Positions 47,701 to 55,524 of a stretch of 64,000 nucleotides of DNA are shown here, piece after piece. The notes below the pieces were generated by a model. The model was not told the DNA's origin, ran no database searches, and worked only from the letters and a program-made list of their open reading frames with translations. Within the stretch, counting starts at the first letter, position 1. The number at the start of each line of letters is the position of its first letter. Position numbers and translations under genes: made by a program. Source of the stretch: a virus (lineage: Duplodnaviria > Caudoviricetes); IMG/VR virus record IMGVR_UViG_3300025410_000009; one strand, given 5' to 3'.

Positions 47701-48618
47701 CTGTGTGGTAGTTCCTGAGAATGTACCTACAGATCCAGTGTAACCGATATCACCCTTGCTGCCTGTGTAGCCAATATCGCCATGGCTACCGGTGTAACCA
47801 GTGGCACCTTGACTGCCTGTGTAACCAATTACACCACTAGCACCCGTTGCTCCGGTTAAACCAGTGGCACCCACACTACCTGTATAACCAGCACCGCCTG
47901 CAACACCACTGGCACCAGTCGCACCAACGGGACCAGTTGGTCCTGTATCACCAATTGATCCTGTAAAACCAATCGAACCAGTGAAACCAATCGATCCTGT
48001 AAAACCTATACTACCAGTATAACCTGTGGCACCAAAACTACCGGTGTATCCAAGGTCGCCTTGACTTCCAGTATATCCAGTAGCTCCAGTTGCACCAGTT
48101 GCTCCAGTGGCGCCTGTGCTGCCAGTGTACCCAATTGATCCAGTATAACCTATATCACCTTGGCTGCCCACATAACCAGTGGCACCCACGCTACCAGTAA
48201 ACCCAATTGATCCAGTATAGCCCGATGCGCCAGTGAAACCAATTGAACCTGTAAAACCAATACTACCTGTAAAACCAATTGATCCAGTATATCCAGTTAC
48301 ACCCGTGGGACCCAACGGACCTTGACTGCCAGTATAGCCAGTTGCACCAATTGAGCCATTATAACCAACGTCACCTTGACTACCAGTGTAGCCAATTACA
48401 CCAGTGGCACCCACAGGACCTGTGGGTCCAGTTGAACCTACACTACCCACATAACCCTGTGGACCAGTGTTAAACAGTTCTTTAATGCTTCCGTCTGCGT
48501 GTTTGGTGTATAGTACTGCGTCGGCGGTGTTGACTGCCAATTCCCCGACCTGCAAATCGGAGGGGGTCGGCATTTTGCCGGGTACGACTGATTTTTTAAT
48601 TATAATACTATTGGCCAT
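41764..48618 (-). CDS. Giant collagen-like fibre: Mtd_N-like N-terminus, GYTGS blocks, 3 LamG domains (2284 aa)
   Basis: IIIKKSVVPGKMPTPSDLQVGELAVNTADAVLYTK; LamG at FTVEMWVN, FTIEYWMY and YTLEAWIY; tandem FTGNG/TGDG modules; C-terminal QTILWASALTPAGAANKTEVYAF domain. Confidence 0.9.
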   Translation of the reverse strand: MANSIIIKKSVVPGKMPTPSDLQVGELAVNTADAVLYTKHADGSIKELFNTGPQGYVGSVGSTGPTGPVGATGVIGYTGSQGDVGYNGSIGATGYTGSQGPLGPTGVTGYTGSIGFTGSIGFTGSIGFTGASGYTGSIGFTGSVGATGYVGSQGDIGYTGSIGYTGSTGATGATGATGATGYTGSQGDLGYTGSFGATGYTGSIGFTGSIGFTGSIGFTGSIGDTGPTGPVGATGASGVAGGAGYTGSVGATGLTGATGASGVIGYTGSQGATGYTGSHGDIGYTGSKGDIGYTGSVGTFSGTTTQQIITSNTTSSTSLTTGALQVAGGAAIAGNVYTVGVNILPVPISPGGSLHFNGSGQSLVATSTAVSHLASNDFTVEMWVNLSGTGTYNLWTTDLSPSPGRGFNIRVTTTTWGLGWSHDGDVNSGGTLSGTITGVNVGDWFHIAVVRSGSTLTVYINGAVSGSRAMTSQVYAPSNNFYLGEDGSGDSGSNGLYYLDGYLTNVRVVNGTAVYTGAFTPPTEPLAVISNTALLLNVADSADYLVDLSGVSTITNNNGVSYDVGTPYSQYIYHTIDSTSTTTGAMTVAGGLGVSESFWAGNIYSDNYFFANGAPFVNTGYTGSIGYTGSVGATGLTGATGATGPQGYTGSVGATGATGGIGLLGYTGSIGASGAAGASGSAGGAGYTGSIGATGATGATGYTGSIGASGASGAQGYTGSVGTFSGTTTQQIITTNTTNSVGSGTGALQVAGGASISADLYVGGSVYAANLISTTQQILVVEEPLLYLQSNTVYPYNYDIGFYSHFIGGPANVYAHTGLIRNYADNAWYLASNIAEPTAGVAALTSPNVVLDTLKFGSANIANTTPSTSTTTGALVVAGGAGIQGNLNIGTSSVTVYGPIGGSLSFSGTRYLAATLPAIGTNDFTIEYWMYYTGGSAVFNGASTSGGTFGILLEMGGSNFTLSVGNGGGWTINQQVVQSTASAASTWVHHAFVRIGTTFNIYVNGSSVYTNGNLGTSINISNFELGAQTRNTHYFSGLITNFRYVNGTGVYSSNFTPSTTPLLNITNTALLLDVSSDAAYITDSSSNNITLVNHNGVGYDPSTPLTSGTATVIPAVAATSTTSGALQVAGGAGISGNLYVGGVYTDSYFYANGAPYSQIGYTGSQGYNGSIGYTGSQGTTGYAGSTGYNGSVGYTGSIGYTGSAGAGYAGSIGSQGYTGSAGATGYTGSAGTNGSTGYTGSAGYNGSIGSTGYTGSVGSIGYTGSAGSAGSIGYTGSTGSTGYTGSTGATGYTGSTGYTGSVGTFSGTTTQQIITSNTTSSTSTTTGALIVTGGAGISGNLFSASHTIVPPATQPAGGSLLFATGYLSIPYTTTQFNWWTADYTLEAWIYPTSYSGWHAGGTYDQGTLIGNMQPAAGGNQWSLGLTSTGQLKWFYWIGSANALTTTATVPLNTWTHVAFGYSLSSNTMYLYINGTLGASGLVSGTPTSTPSYGLIIGAFLSTYIAGYVTNVRIVRGTLVYTTNFSVPTTPLTAVTNTQLLLDVSTSGTYLTDSSTNALTATATGSVTYNSSTPLVANGTPIPSTSVTTGALTVSGGVGVTGNIFAGNVYSTSYFYANGTPLIGYSGSSGYTGSTGYTGSTGYAGSTGYTGSIGATGYTGSIGFTGSAGAAGYNGSTGAAGYTGSLGYTGSMGESSFTFGPTAPTNPQYGDRWLDSLTGCEVVWVQDANGSQWVEIAASGFMGATGYTGSRGYAGSVGYNGSTGYGGSTGFTGSTGAGYTGSQGTIGYSGSIGFTGSIGGTGYTGSIGYTGSQGAGFTGSAGYNGSIGGLGYTGSIGYTGSVGYTGSTGYTGSVSTAPGYTGSIGYTGSQGAGYTGSQGATGYTGSTGSIGYTGSGGVGYTGSQGPIGYTGSIGYTGSAGVAGPAGTTASSLNVDTFTGNGVAVSYSLTVTPTSKNQTIVVIDGVTQLRAAYSVSGSTITFSEAPANNAAIEVTTVLYGTTGFVTRRSTGDGTNRNFTVTQGTTTDSVMVYVSGNIQVPTVDYAVAATTLTFSNAPAASAAVVIREIPIAAVGPTGIQGSTGYTGSQGYTGSQGYQGNTGYTGSQGYAGSVGYNGSQGNFPTNIVMLTSNTTPSTSTTTGALVVAGGAGIAGDANIGGNVYVGGLATFFRTTDALSSITGATGVTAHDTTQATVFVLSSLAGNFTPNFVNVPTTYGRAFVVTLVVLQTATPYSISTIQINGVAQTILWASALTPAGAANKTEVYAFSLINVNGVWTVLGQYSSYG

Positions 48619-48652
48619 TGGGCACCCTTGTTAACATGCTATATAGCAGGGC

Positions 48653-48700
48653 CACAAATAAAAAACCGGATCGCTGTGAAGTTCTCCGGTTTTATTTGTG
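48653..48700 (-). terminator. Inverted repeat with U-tract, probable intrinsic terminator
   Basis: Arms CACAAATAAAAAACCGGA (48653-48670) and TCCGGTTTTATTTGTG (48685-48700). On the minus strand the hairpin is followed by TTTTTT, 27 nt past the stop of 48727..50784. Confidence 0.65.
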
Positions 48701-48726
48701 TTCTTAAACTTCTAAATTATTTATCT

Positions 48727-50784
48727 TTAGAATGAACCGCCGTCTATTGTGTCATTAGTATTAATTACTTCGTAACCAGCTTTGTAAATGGTTCCAGCTG
48801 CACGAATGTCTTGTTGTACTTGAACGTATCCAGCAACACTTACATCGCCAGTTACTTGGAAAGTACCAGTGTTGTAAGTACCTTGTGTATAAGAAGTACC
48901 AGCAGTCAAAGTCACAACATTACCAAAAGTGGCTGTGCCAGTTGAGGTAAAATGTGCGGCTGTTAATCTATGTGCGGTAGCATCATATGTTAAACCGGTG
49001 TCATCCGAAAATGCACCCATCGAGTTTGTGTATGGTACACGACCAGTAGTCAATCCAGTGTTGGTGGTTCCACCAGTAACCGACAAAGTGGTAACTGTAA
49101 TTGCACTGACACTCAATGTGTTAGAAGCAGTATCAAAAGTGAATGTAGAATTGTCAATGATTCTGCCAGATGGACCAACCACTGTAACACGACCAGCGGT
49201 CAAGGAATCATCAATGAATCCACCAGCTTCAACCAAACCAGATACCACTGCACTGTCTGCATTGACTTGGCCAGTTGCAGCATCAATGGTGAATGTGTGC
49301 AAGTCAGCTAATTTACCATCGCTGCCGGTAAACACAATTCTAGTGCTGGTCAAGCTGTTGTCAGCCAAGTGATCAGCAGTTAGTGTATTGGCTACTGTAA
49401 CACCACCAGTGGCATTCAACCAGATACGGTCAGGTGCATCGTTTGTGACACCAATTTCCAGTGTACGGTCGTCGCCGCTGCGAGCATAATATCTAATGTA
49501 AGCTGAATCGCCACCAGATACCACAGGGAACAAAATACCATCACCACTGGAATTACCAGCTGTGGGCAAGATTTGGCCGTATACACCAACAGCAGAAAGT
49601 ATACTTGATCCACTGTCAAATGTAAGATCTGGGCTGTCAACAAGTTTTCCGTTGCTGCCAGCAAAAGTAACACGACCAGCGGTCAAGCTGCTGACTTTAG
49701 CAACATTCAAGCTGGCTGTGCCGCCCGAAGAAATGTTAGAAGCAGTTAAAGTATTGGTGCTGGTGTTGTAGGTAAATCCTGTTGTACCAACCAAGACATT
49801 GCCGTTACCAAATACAATTTGTTTGTCGGTAACACCGGTTGTGGTCAATGTTGTAAAGTTACCAGTTGATGATGTAATGGCACCAATTGGGGTATTGTCA
49901 ATCGAAGCTGCTGTAACAGCACCCAGTGTCAAGCTACCGCTTAGGTTAACGCTGCTTGAGCTAGAAATAGATCCGCTGATGTTGACGTTGTTGGCAAAAA
50001 TGTCGCCAGTGGAAACAACTGATTGATCAGTGTAGATATTGCTGGTAAAGTAACCGGTACCAGTTACTCGCAAATTCTTGTTTAAATTCCAAGACTGATA
50101 AATGCTGTCATATTCAATTGTGGCATTGGCACCGTTAACAGTGATACCAGCACCATTTGCATCCATTGCAGTAGATGCATCTTTGGCCAAAACCACATTC
50201 AAATCAGTAATAGCAACTGTGGTACTGTTAACAGTGGTTGTTACACCTCTAACATACAAGTTACCATGAACAATGGCGTCACCATCAACGTCCAAGTTAC
50301 CAGTTGATTCCAGTGTGGTAAATCTACCAGTAGATGCTGTAGTAGCACCAATTGTGGTGGCATCAATGGTACCACCTGAGATACTGACATTGTTGGCGTT
50401 TTGTGTGGCAATGGTACCAAAGTCGCTAGCAACCGAGAAAGTCACATAGCTGGCAGCACTGATACGACCTTTGCTGTCAACAGTGAAAGTTGGAATCTGA
50501 ACAACTTCGCCAACTTTGCTACCGTACGACCCAGCTGTAACACCAGTTGTGTTCAAGTCTACTGTGATAGCAGTTTTGCCGCTAGCAGTTACAATGTCAT
50601 CGCCGCTTAGGGTAATGGTATCATTTTCTTTAAGGTCCAAGACCGACGGGCCCGAGCCACTGTTGATCTTGGTAAAAAGTCTACCATCATAGGTGTTAAG
50701 AGCAAGTTCGCCATAACTTAAACTATTGGTACCCGGTACGTTACCACCGGTGCTGCTTCTTTTAATTAAAATTGTATTAGCCAT
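48727..50784 (-). CDS. Fibre protein with Mtd_N-like N-terminus and C-terminal DGGSF (685 aa)
   Basis: ILIKRSSTGGNVPGTNSLSYGELALNTYDGRLFTK; repeated LTAGRV/LTSTRI/LTTGRV segments. AATAAATA at 50807-50814. Confidence 0.85.
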   Translation of the reverse strand: MANTILIKRSSTGGNVPGTNSLSYGELALNTYDGRLFTKINSGSGPSVLDLKENDTITLSGDDIVTASGKTAITVDLNTTGVTAGSYGSKVGEVVQIPTFTVDSKGRISAASYVTFSVASDFGTIATQNANNVSISGGTIDATTIGATTASTGRFTTLESTGNLDVDGDAIVHGNLYVRGVTTTVNSTTVAITDLNVVLAKDASTAMDANGAGITVNGANATIEYDSIYQSWNLNKNLRVTGTGYFTSNIYTDQSVVSTGDIFANNVNISGSISSSSSVNLSGSLTLGAVTAASIDNTPIGAITSSTGNFTTLTTTGVTDKQIVFGNGNVLVGTTGFTYNTSTNTLTASNISSGGTASLNVAKVSSLTAGRVTFAGSNGKLVDSPDLTFDSGSSILSAVGVYGQILPTAGNSSGDGILFPVVSGGDSAYIRYYARSGDDRTLEIGVTNDAPDRIWLNATGGVTVANTLTADHLADNSLTSTRIVFTGSDGKLADLHTFTIDAATGQVNADSAVVSGLVEAGGFIDDSLTAGRVTVVGPSGRIIDNSTFTFDTASNTLSVSAITVTTLSVTGGTTNTGLTTGRVPYTNSMGAFSDDTGLTYDATAHRLTAAHFTSTGTATFGNVVTLTAGTSYTQGTYNTGTFQVTGDVSVAGYVQVQQDIRAAGTIYKAGYEVINTNDTIDGGSF

Positions 50785-50824
50785 TGTAATGATATCCCAT
50801 TTGTTTTATTTATTCGAATCCTAC

Positions 50825-53323
50825 TCAAAATGTGCCGCCATCTAACGCACCGTACTCAGAAACTACCCGAGCCCAGCCGGTCCAGTCAGCCGAGCCCACT
50901 TTGGTTCTAACATATTCAGCACCGTACTCGGTAGTGGTATCGTTGGGTTGATATTTTTGTACAACCACATCTTCACTTACCAACACCGTTAGCAAGCCTG
51001 TGGGCCATGCATCGTTGGGTGTGCCTGCAGTTGCGCTCCAACTACTTCTTTTTACCGCATACAAACCAAAATTAACATTCAAATTCCAGTTACTGGGATC
51101 GTTTCCGTGATCCACAAACGGCAATTCTAACAAGCTGATGGCTTGATTAATCTTGGCAATACTGTCAGTAACTGAATCTGTAGGCAACAGAGTTATGGCA
51201 TTACTGGTGAATGTGCCTGCAGTATTTGTGCCCAATGCTACTGCATTACCAAACAAGTTAGGCAGAGATACGCTGCCAGTAATTGCAATATTGCCGGCTG
51301 TGACCACATTAGCAGTCAACGTTGATGTTGTTATTGCGTTGTTGACTGTTAAGTTGTTGGTGGTGGTGTTGCCTGTAACTGTTGCAGTAGCAGCAGTCAA
51401 ACTGGTATTTGCTGTTATTACACCACCGCTGATATTAGTAGAATTGGTATTTGTGGCATTAACATTGACCGCGGTCATGTTAGTGACTGCTATGTTTCCG
51501 CCAGTTATAGCAACTGAATTGGCATTTTGCAATACCATGGTACCAACACCAGTAATACTGGCAATTGGTATGGTATTTGAGCTAGTGGTTGTCGAACCTA
51601 GACCGCGCAGGTATCCGTAGAAATTTGTACGTCCAGTACCGCCACTGGCAACAGGCACTGTGCCGGTATTGATGGTGATATCACCTGCTGCGCCATCACC
51701 GTTTGAAACTGTAATAAACGAACTCGACGATGTGACTTGGCGCAGAACCATGCTGCCATATGTGCTTCTAGCAACCACACCCGATGAAAAATCGGTAGGC
51801 AATTGTGCCAGTGATATGGTGTCAAGATCAATCACAGTCGAGAATGTTATTGGTGTAGTGCCAACTGTGATTTTTCCACCGGTGGCCAAACGCCAAACGC
51901 TACCACCATACAAAGTACCTTCTGTGACCACTACCAGTGTACCTGTGTACATACCAGTGGTGGTATTGGCATCGGCGCTGCGTGTCAGTGGGGTTCCGGC
52001 ACCGTTCCAGACATAGATACCGTTTTCTGCATTATTGGACTGGTTCTGTAACAGAACTCGATCATACACATTTAGGACAACACCGTCCCAGAGATTATTT
52101 GATCCAATGCTTTGGCGCGGATTTGATACCGTAATTGAAACTGTAGCAGTTGCTCTAACTGGCAACAAATAGCTGGGTGCTAGATCAACATGTCTAATTT
52201 GAATAACTTGTCGACCAGCATGTGTGGTTACATAAAGATAGTCACCATCAAATTCAATGCTGCCCAAGTCAGGAGCAGGGGTCAGTGTGCCATCAGTTAC
52301 CCGAATGGGAACTTCGTTATTGGCTTGCCCGTCTAAGAATAAAGTGGCAGTAACAGTACCACCGTGTGTTGCAGTGAATGCAGATTCGAAGATTGCATCA
52401 TTCAACACATACAAGCTGTTGGTGGTCAAGTTGAGTCCAACACCCAGGCCGCCGCTTATGACCACAGCACCGGTGTTTATGTCGTTGCTGTCAGTGCTGT
52501 TTAAGAATGTCACCTGCTGATCAGTTGTAGATCCAGCAGCAGTTACATTTTGTAAGGAAAGTGCTGTGGTAGTACCCGATAACACTTGCCCGTATTCGTT
52601 GACAGTGACTTGAGTATACGTGCCCGGAGTAGCACCAACCGAAGTCAATGCAATCTGATTGCCAGTTCTAGTGATACCGTAACCGGTACTCAGTGCACTG
52701 GGGCCATCAGTCCAAGTCAATACACCACTGCCGTTAGTGGTTAAAATTTGGTTGTAGCCGCCGCCACCAATGTTGATTTTGCTGACGTCACCAAGGTTAA
52801 CTGTGCCATCTGTATTGGGCACAATGTTATCAACTGCCAGTGTACCAACATTAATTCTAGTAGCGTTGACTGTGGCAACGTTGGCAGTTGTGCCAGTTAG
52901 TGTAGTAACGGTGGCTGCAGTGATTGCTGCAGATGGGGAAGTAATAGAACCAGTGTTGATCAGAGTACCAATGTTGGCATTGGCGCCAAACAAATTTGAT
53001 GCAGTGACCGAGTTGATGTTGGCTGTGGTTGATGTTAATGCACCTGAATTAACAATGGTTGTGGTGCTAAGTGAACTGGCTGCAACTCCGTATGTAAAAC
53101 TGGCAGAATTGGCCGTTATGCCACCAGATAATATCAATTGAGCAGCATAAATGTTGCCACCAATACCAACCCCACCCGAAACCACTAAGGCACCAGTTAC
53201 GGTACTAGTACTGGGCAGCACATTACTGATCGTGACTGCATTTGGTATATTAGAAATACTATTCTGCACATAAGATGATAGTGCAGCAGTAGTACTGGGA
53301 TTTTTTAAATAATTAATTGCCAT
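50825..53323 (-). CDS. Fibre protein with DRVLL.NQ..ENGIY domain, knob-like end and C-terminal DGGTF (832 aa)
   Basis: WDGVVLNVYDRVLLQNQSNNAENGIYVWNG..LTRSADA is a common phage fibre domain. VQKY...YVRTKVGSADWTGW is knob-like. Confidence 0.82.
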   Translation of the reverse strand: MAINYLKNPSTTAALSSYVQNSISNIPNAVTISNVLPSTSTVTGALVVSGGVGIGGNIYAAQLILSGGITANSASFTYGVAASSLSTTTIVNSGALTSTTANINSVTASNLFGANANIGTLINTGSITSPSAAITAATVTTLTGTTANVATVNATRINVGTLAVDNIVPNTDGTVNLGDVSKINIGGGGYNQILTTNGSGVLTWTDGPSALSTGYGITRTGNQIALTSVGATPGTYTQVTVNEYGQVLSGTTTALSLQNVTAAGSTTDQQVTFLNSTDSNDINTGAVVISGGLGVGLNLTTNSLYVLNDAIFESAFTATHGGTVTATLFLDGQANNEVPIRVTDGTLTPAPDLGSIEFDGDYLYVTTHAGRQVIQIRHVDLAPSYLLPVRATATVSITVSNPRQSIGSNNLWDGVVLNVYDRVLLQNQSNNAENGIYVWNGAGTPLTRSADANTTTGMYTGTLVVVTEGTLYGGSVWRLATGGKITVGTTPITFSTVIDLDTISLAQLPTDFSSGVVARSTYGSMVLRQVTSSSSFITVSNGDGAAGDITINTGTVPVASGGTGRTNFYGYLRGLGSTTTSSNTIPIASITGVGTMVLQNANSVAITGGNIAVTNMTAVNVNATNTNSTNISGGVITANTSLTAATATVTGNTTTNNLTVNNAITTSTLTANVVTAGNIAITGSVSLPNLFGNAVALGTNTAGTFTSNAITLLPTDSVTDSIAKINQAISLLELPFVDHGNDPSNWNLNVNFGLYAVKRSSWSATAGTPNDAWPTGLLTVLVSEDVVVQKYQPNDTTTEYGAEYVRTKVGSADWTGWARVVSEYGALDGGTF

Positions 53324-53345
53324 TTGTGTTTATGCCGTTGACCAA

Positions 53346-53705
53346 TTAATGACTTACTTCAAAACCCAAATTTAAATGTATTAAATTGTTTTGGTCTGAA
53401 TATGCACGTATGCTGTCGCCTTCTTGCAAGTAGATGGCAGAATCTCTAGTCATTACAATCAAGCTGTTGCCCGGAGCCACTTCCATACGATCAATCAATC
53501 TGATGCTTATGCTGTTTCTATAGAAATCCACGCTCACGTGAGCAGTTTGAGAATTGTCAACGTTGGCAACATATAGAGTTGTTATCTTGTACGAGCTGTT
53601 GCTAGTTGATGGATTTGATACCAAAACCGTGATAGCAGTGCCTATAGTTGTTGCGGTATTGTACCCATATACACTAGATACGGTGATTAGATTTGGTGCG
53701 GCCAT
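53346..53705 (-). CDS. Small beta-sandwich structural protein (119 aa)
   Basis: MAAPNLITV..YKITTLYVANVD..IYLQEGDSIRA. A perfect late promoter motif lies upstream. Confidence 0.8.
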   Translation of the reverse strand: MAAPNLITVSSVYGYNTATTIGTAITVLVSNPSTSNSSYKITTLYVANVDNSQTAHVSVDFYRNSISIRLIDRMEVAPGNSLIVMTRDSAIYLQEGDSIRAYSDQNNLIHLNLGFEVSH

Positions 53706-53731
53706 AGTTATTCTTCCAGCTTAGTTCTTAG

Positions 53732-53739
53732 TATTTATA
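53732..53739 (-). promoter_or_regulatory. Perfect T4 late promoter consensus TATAAATA
   Basis: Intergenic, 26 nt upstream of the ATG at 53705. Confidence 0.7.
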
Positions 53740-53768
53740 CGTTCGAACAATAGAGCGGGCCACGGCAG

Positions 53769-55523
53769 TTAAGTTACACTAAACACAGCTATTGCAGTAT
53801 AGGTATTTGATGCTTGATCTGTAGCAGTCCATATTGTATTGGTAGTAAAGCCAGAAGTTAGCGTACCAATTAGTACACCAGTGTTGACATCAAAAGACAG
53901 CCCGGGATCAAGTGGCCCAGCTATAGTCCAAATCAGCCCCGGAGTTAAGGTATAGCTTATACTAGTACCACCAACAGAATTGCCAGTTAACATATATAAG
54001 TTGGTAATTGATAATCCGGTACCGGGTGTGTTTGGGATCCACTCGCCGTACATGGGTGCAGGTGCAGGTGCTGGAGTTTGGAAATTTGCGGTGGCTGTAT
54101 ATATAGCATCAACCCCGGTAGTAGAAAATGTCACATTCATTGATGTGCCAGCGGTCAGTGTACCAGATAGTGTATAATCCGCAAATCTTAATCCAGGATC
54201 TCCAAAATCTCCAGTATAGGTCCAGGTTCCTGCGGGTTCCAAATTGAAACTTATTGTGCTTCCTGCCACACCTGTGCCCGATAGAGACGATGTGTGTTGA
54301 GCATAAGTTATACCATTTTGCGGAGTTGTACCAGCCCATGTACCATTGCTGTATGGCAGTGTAGCTACAAAATTAGCACTAGCCGAAGCTTTGAGACCGG
54401 TGGCGCTATAGGCTATCAAAGTCACTTTTGCTGCTGTGTCAGCTACACGCGGTGAGAACGACCAGGATCCTGCGGGCGGCAAACCAGAAACAACAGCACT
54501 GGTATTACCGCCCGCAGTATAAGTTGCTGACACGCTGGTGGTATGTGTGGTGGTGTAGTTGGCTGTGAATATCGTGCCAACTGGGCCCGAGCTTGGTGTA
54601 ATGCTGGATATGTGTACGGTGGGTCCGGGTAAAACCTTGATGTATACACATTGAGGTTCGCTCACTTGCCCGTGCTGGGTTATAGTGGCCCAACTGAATG
54701 TGTCTTGACCAACAAATTGAAAATTTGGCACGTATACAATACTGCGACGATCAGCTGAAAGTCTAGCATATCCGTTATAGGGCTGTGTAAGCACCACTGG
54801 CTCACAGTATAAACTGACACCGGTGTGTATATTTGTAGTAAAAATTGGTGCAAATCCGGATATATTGCCTTTGACCGTCATAAAGTCAACCCCGGCTGAG
54901 TTTGCATTAAAGGTTATACTACCAAATGTACTGTCAACAATCTGTATGTTTGCACCATTGTAGGCGTCTGGCGAACATCCGCTAATTGTTATATTTGAAT
55001 TTGTGAAAAATTGTGGGCCGACATCGTATTCAATTACAGTTTTAAACCCACGTCGGTGTCCACCAATGATGTTCCAACTATTAACTATGATGTTGGACAT
55101 CGTGGTTGTTTCCACATTGCCCTGAAAATTGCGTATGTCGATTTTGAGGCCACCCCACCACGGCGTGGCTTTGGTGTCGCATATTATCTTGATATCTCCC
55201 GAGACCGGGGTTGCAAAATGAATTTTGCGACCAACTACATTAAACGCTTGGTAAAGTGTTCTAGCAGTGATGCTGTTAACATCGGTGTCCTTGCCGGTCA
55301 CTCTGGGATTAACCAACCTAGATCCGTCCACATAGACTTCAACCCACTCGGGCGCGACTGGAGTCCAAGGCAAAGTCAGCACTGATACGGCTGCAGTCGA
55401 ATCAACTGAAATAGAATAGTTGTGCTCGCCGCGATCGCCAGAATTGTCAACTCGCCAGGGTGTTGATAATCTTAATTCGGGTGTAACTGGTACTACTACT
55501 GTATAATTTGGTACTACTATCAT
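53769..55523 (-). CDS. Ig-like multi-domain structural protein (584 aa)
   Basis: Start MIVVPNY at 55523 directly after the upstream TAA. QPYNGYARLSADRRSIVYVPN..VGQDTFSW is Big_9/cadherin-like; PGLSFDVNTGVLIGT is He_PIG-like. Confidence 0.75.
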   Translation of the reverse strand: MIVVPNYTVVVPVTPELRLSTPWRVDNSGDRGEHNYSISVDSTAAVSVLTLPWTPVAPEWVEVYVDGSRLVNPRVTGKDTDVNSITARTLYQAFNVVGRKIHFATPVSGDIKIICDTKATPWWGGLKIDIRNFQGNVETTTMSNIIVNSWNIIGGHRRGFKTVIEYDVGPQFFTNSNITISGCSPDAYNGANIQIVDSTFGSITFNANSAGVDFMTVKGNISGFAPIFTTNIHTGVSLYCEPVVLTQPYNGYARLSADRRSIVYVPNFQFVGQDTFSWATITQHGQVSEPQCVYIKVLPGPTVHISSITPSSGPVGTIFTANYTTTHTTSVSATYTAGGNTSAVVSGLPPAGSWSFSPRVADTAAKVTLIAYSATGLKASASANFVATLPYSNGTWAGTTPQNGITYAQHTSSLSGTGVAGSTISFNLEPAGTWTYTGDFGDPGLRFADYTLSGTLTAGTSMNVTFSTTGVDAIYTATANFQTPAPAPAPMYGEWIPNTPGTGLSITNLYMLTGNSVGGTSISYTLTPGLIWTIAGPLDPGLSFDVNTGVLIGTLTSGFTTNTIWTATDQASNTYTAIAVFSVT

Positions 55524-55524
55524 T

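Noticed and set aside
10868-48618. Eukaryotic or bacterial chromosomal origin of the collagen, C1q and LamG genes
   Set aside because: There are no introns, genes are tightly coupled, and the gp15-like gene, late motifs and phage fibre motifs all indicate a phage.
41764-50784. Diversity-generating retroelement suggested by Mtd_N-like domains
   Set aside because: No reverse transcriptase, no C-type-lectin C-terminus, and I saw no template/variable repeat pair with adenine-specific mismatches. A DGR elsewhere in the genome is not excluded.
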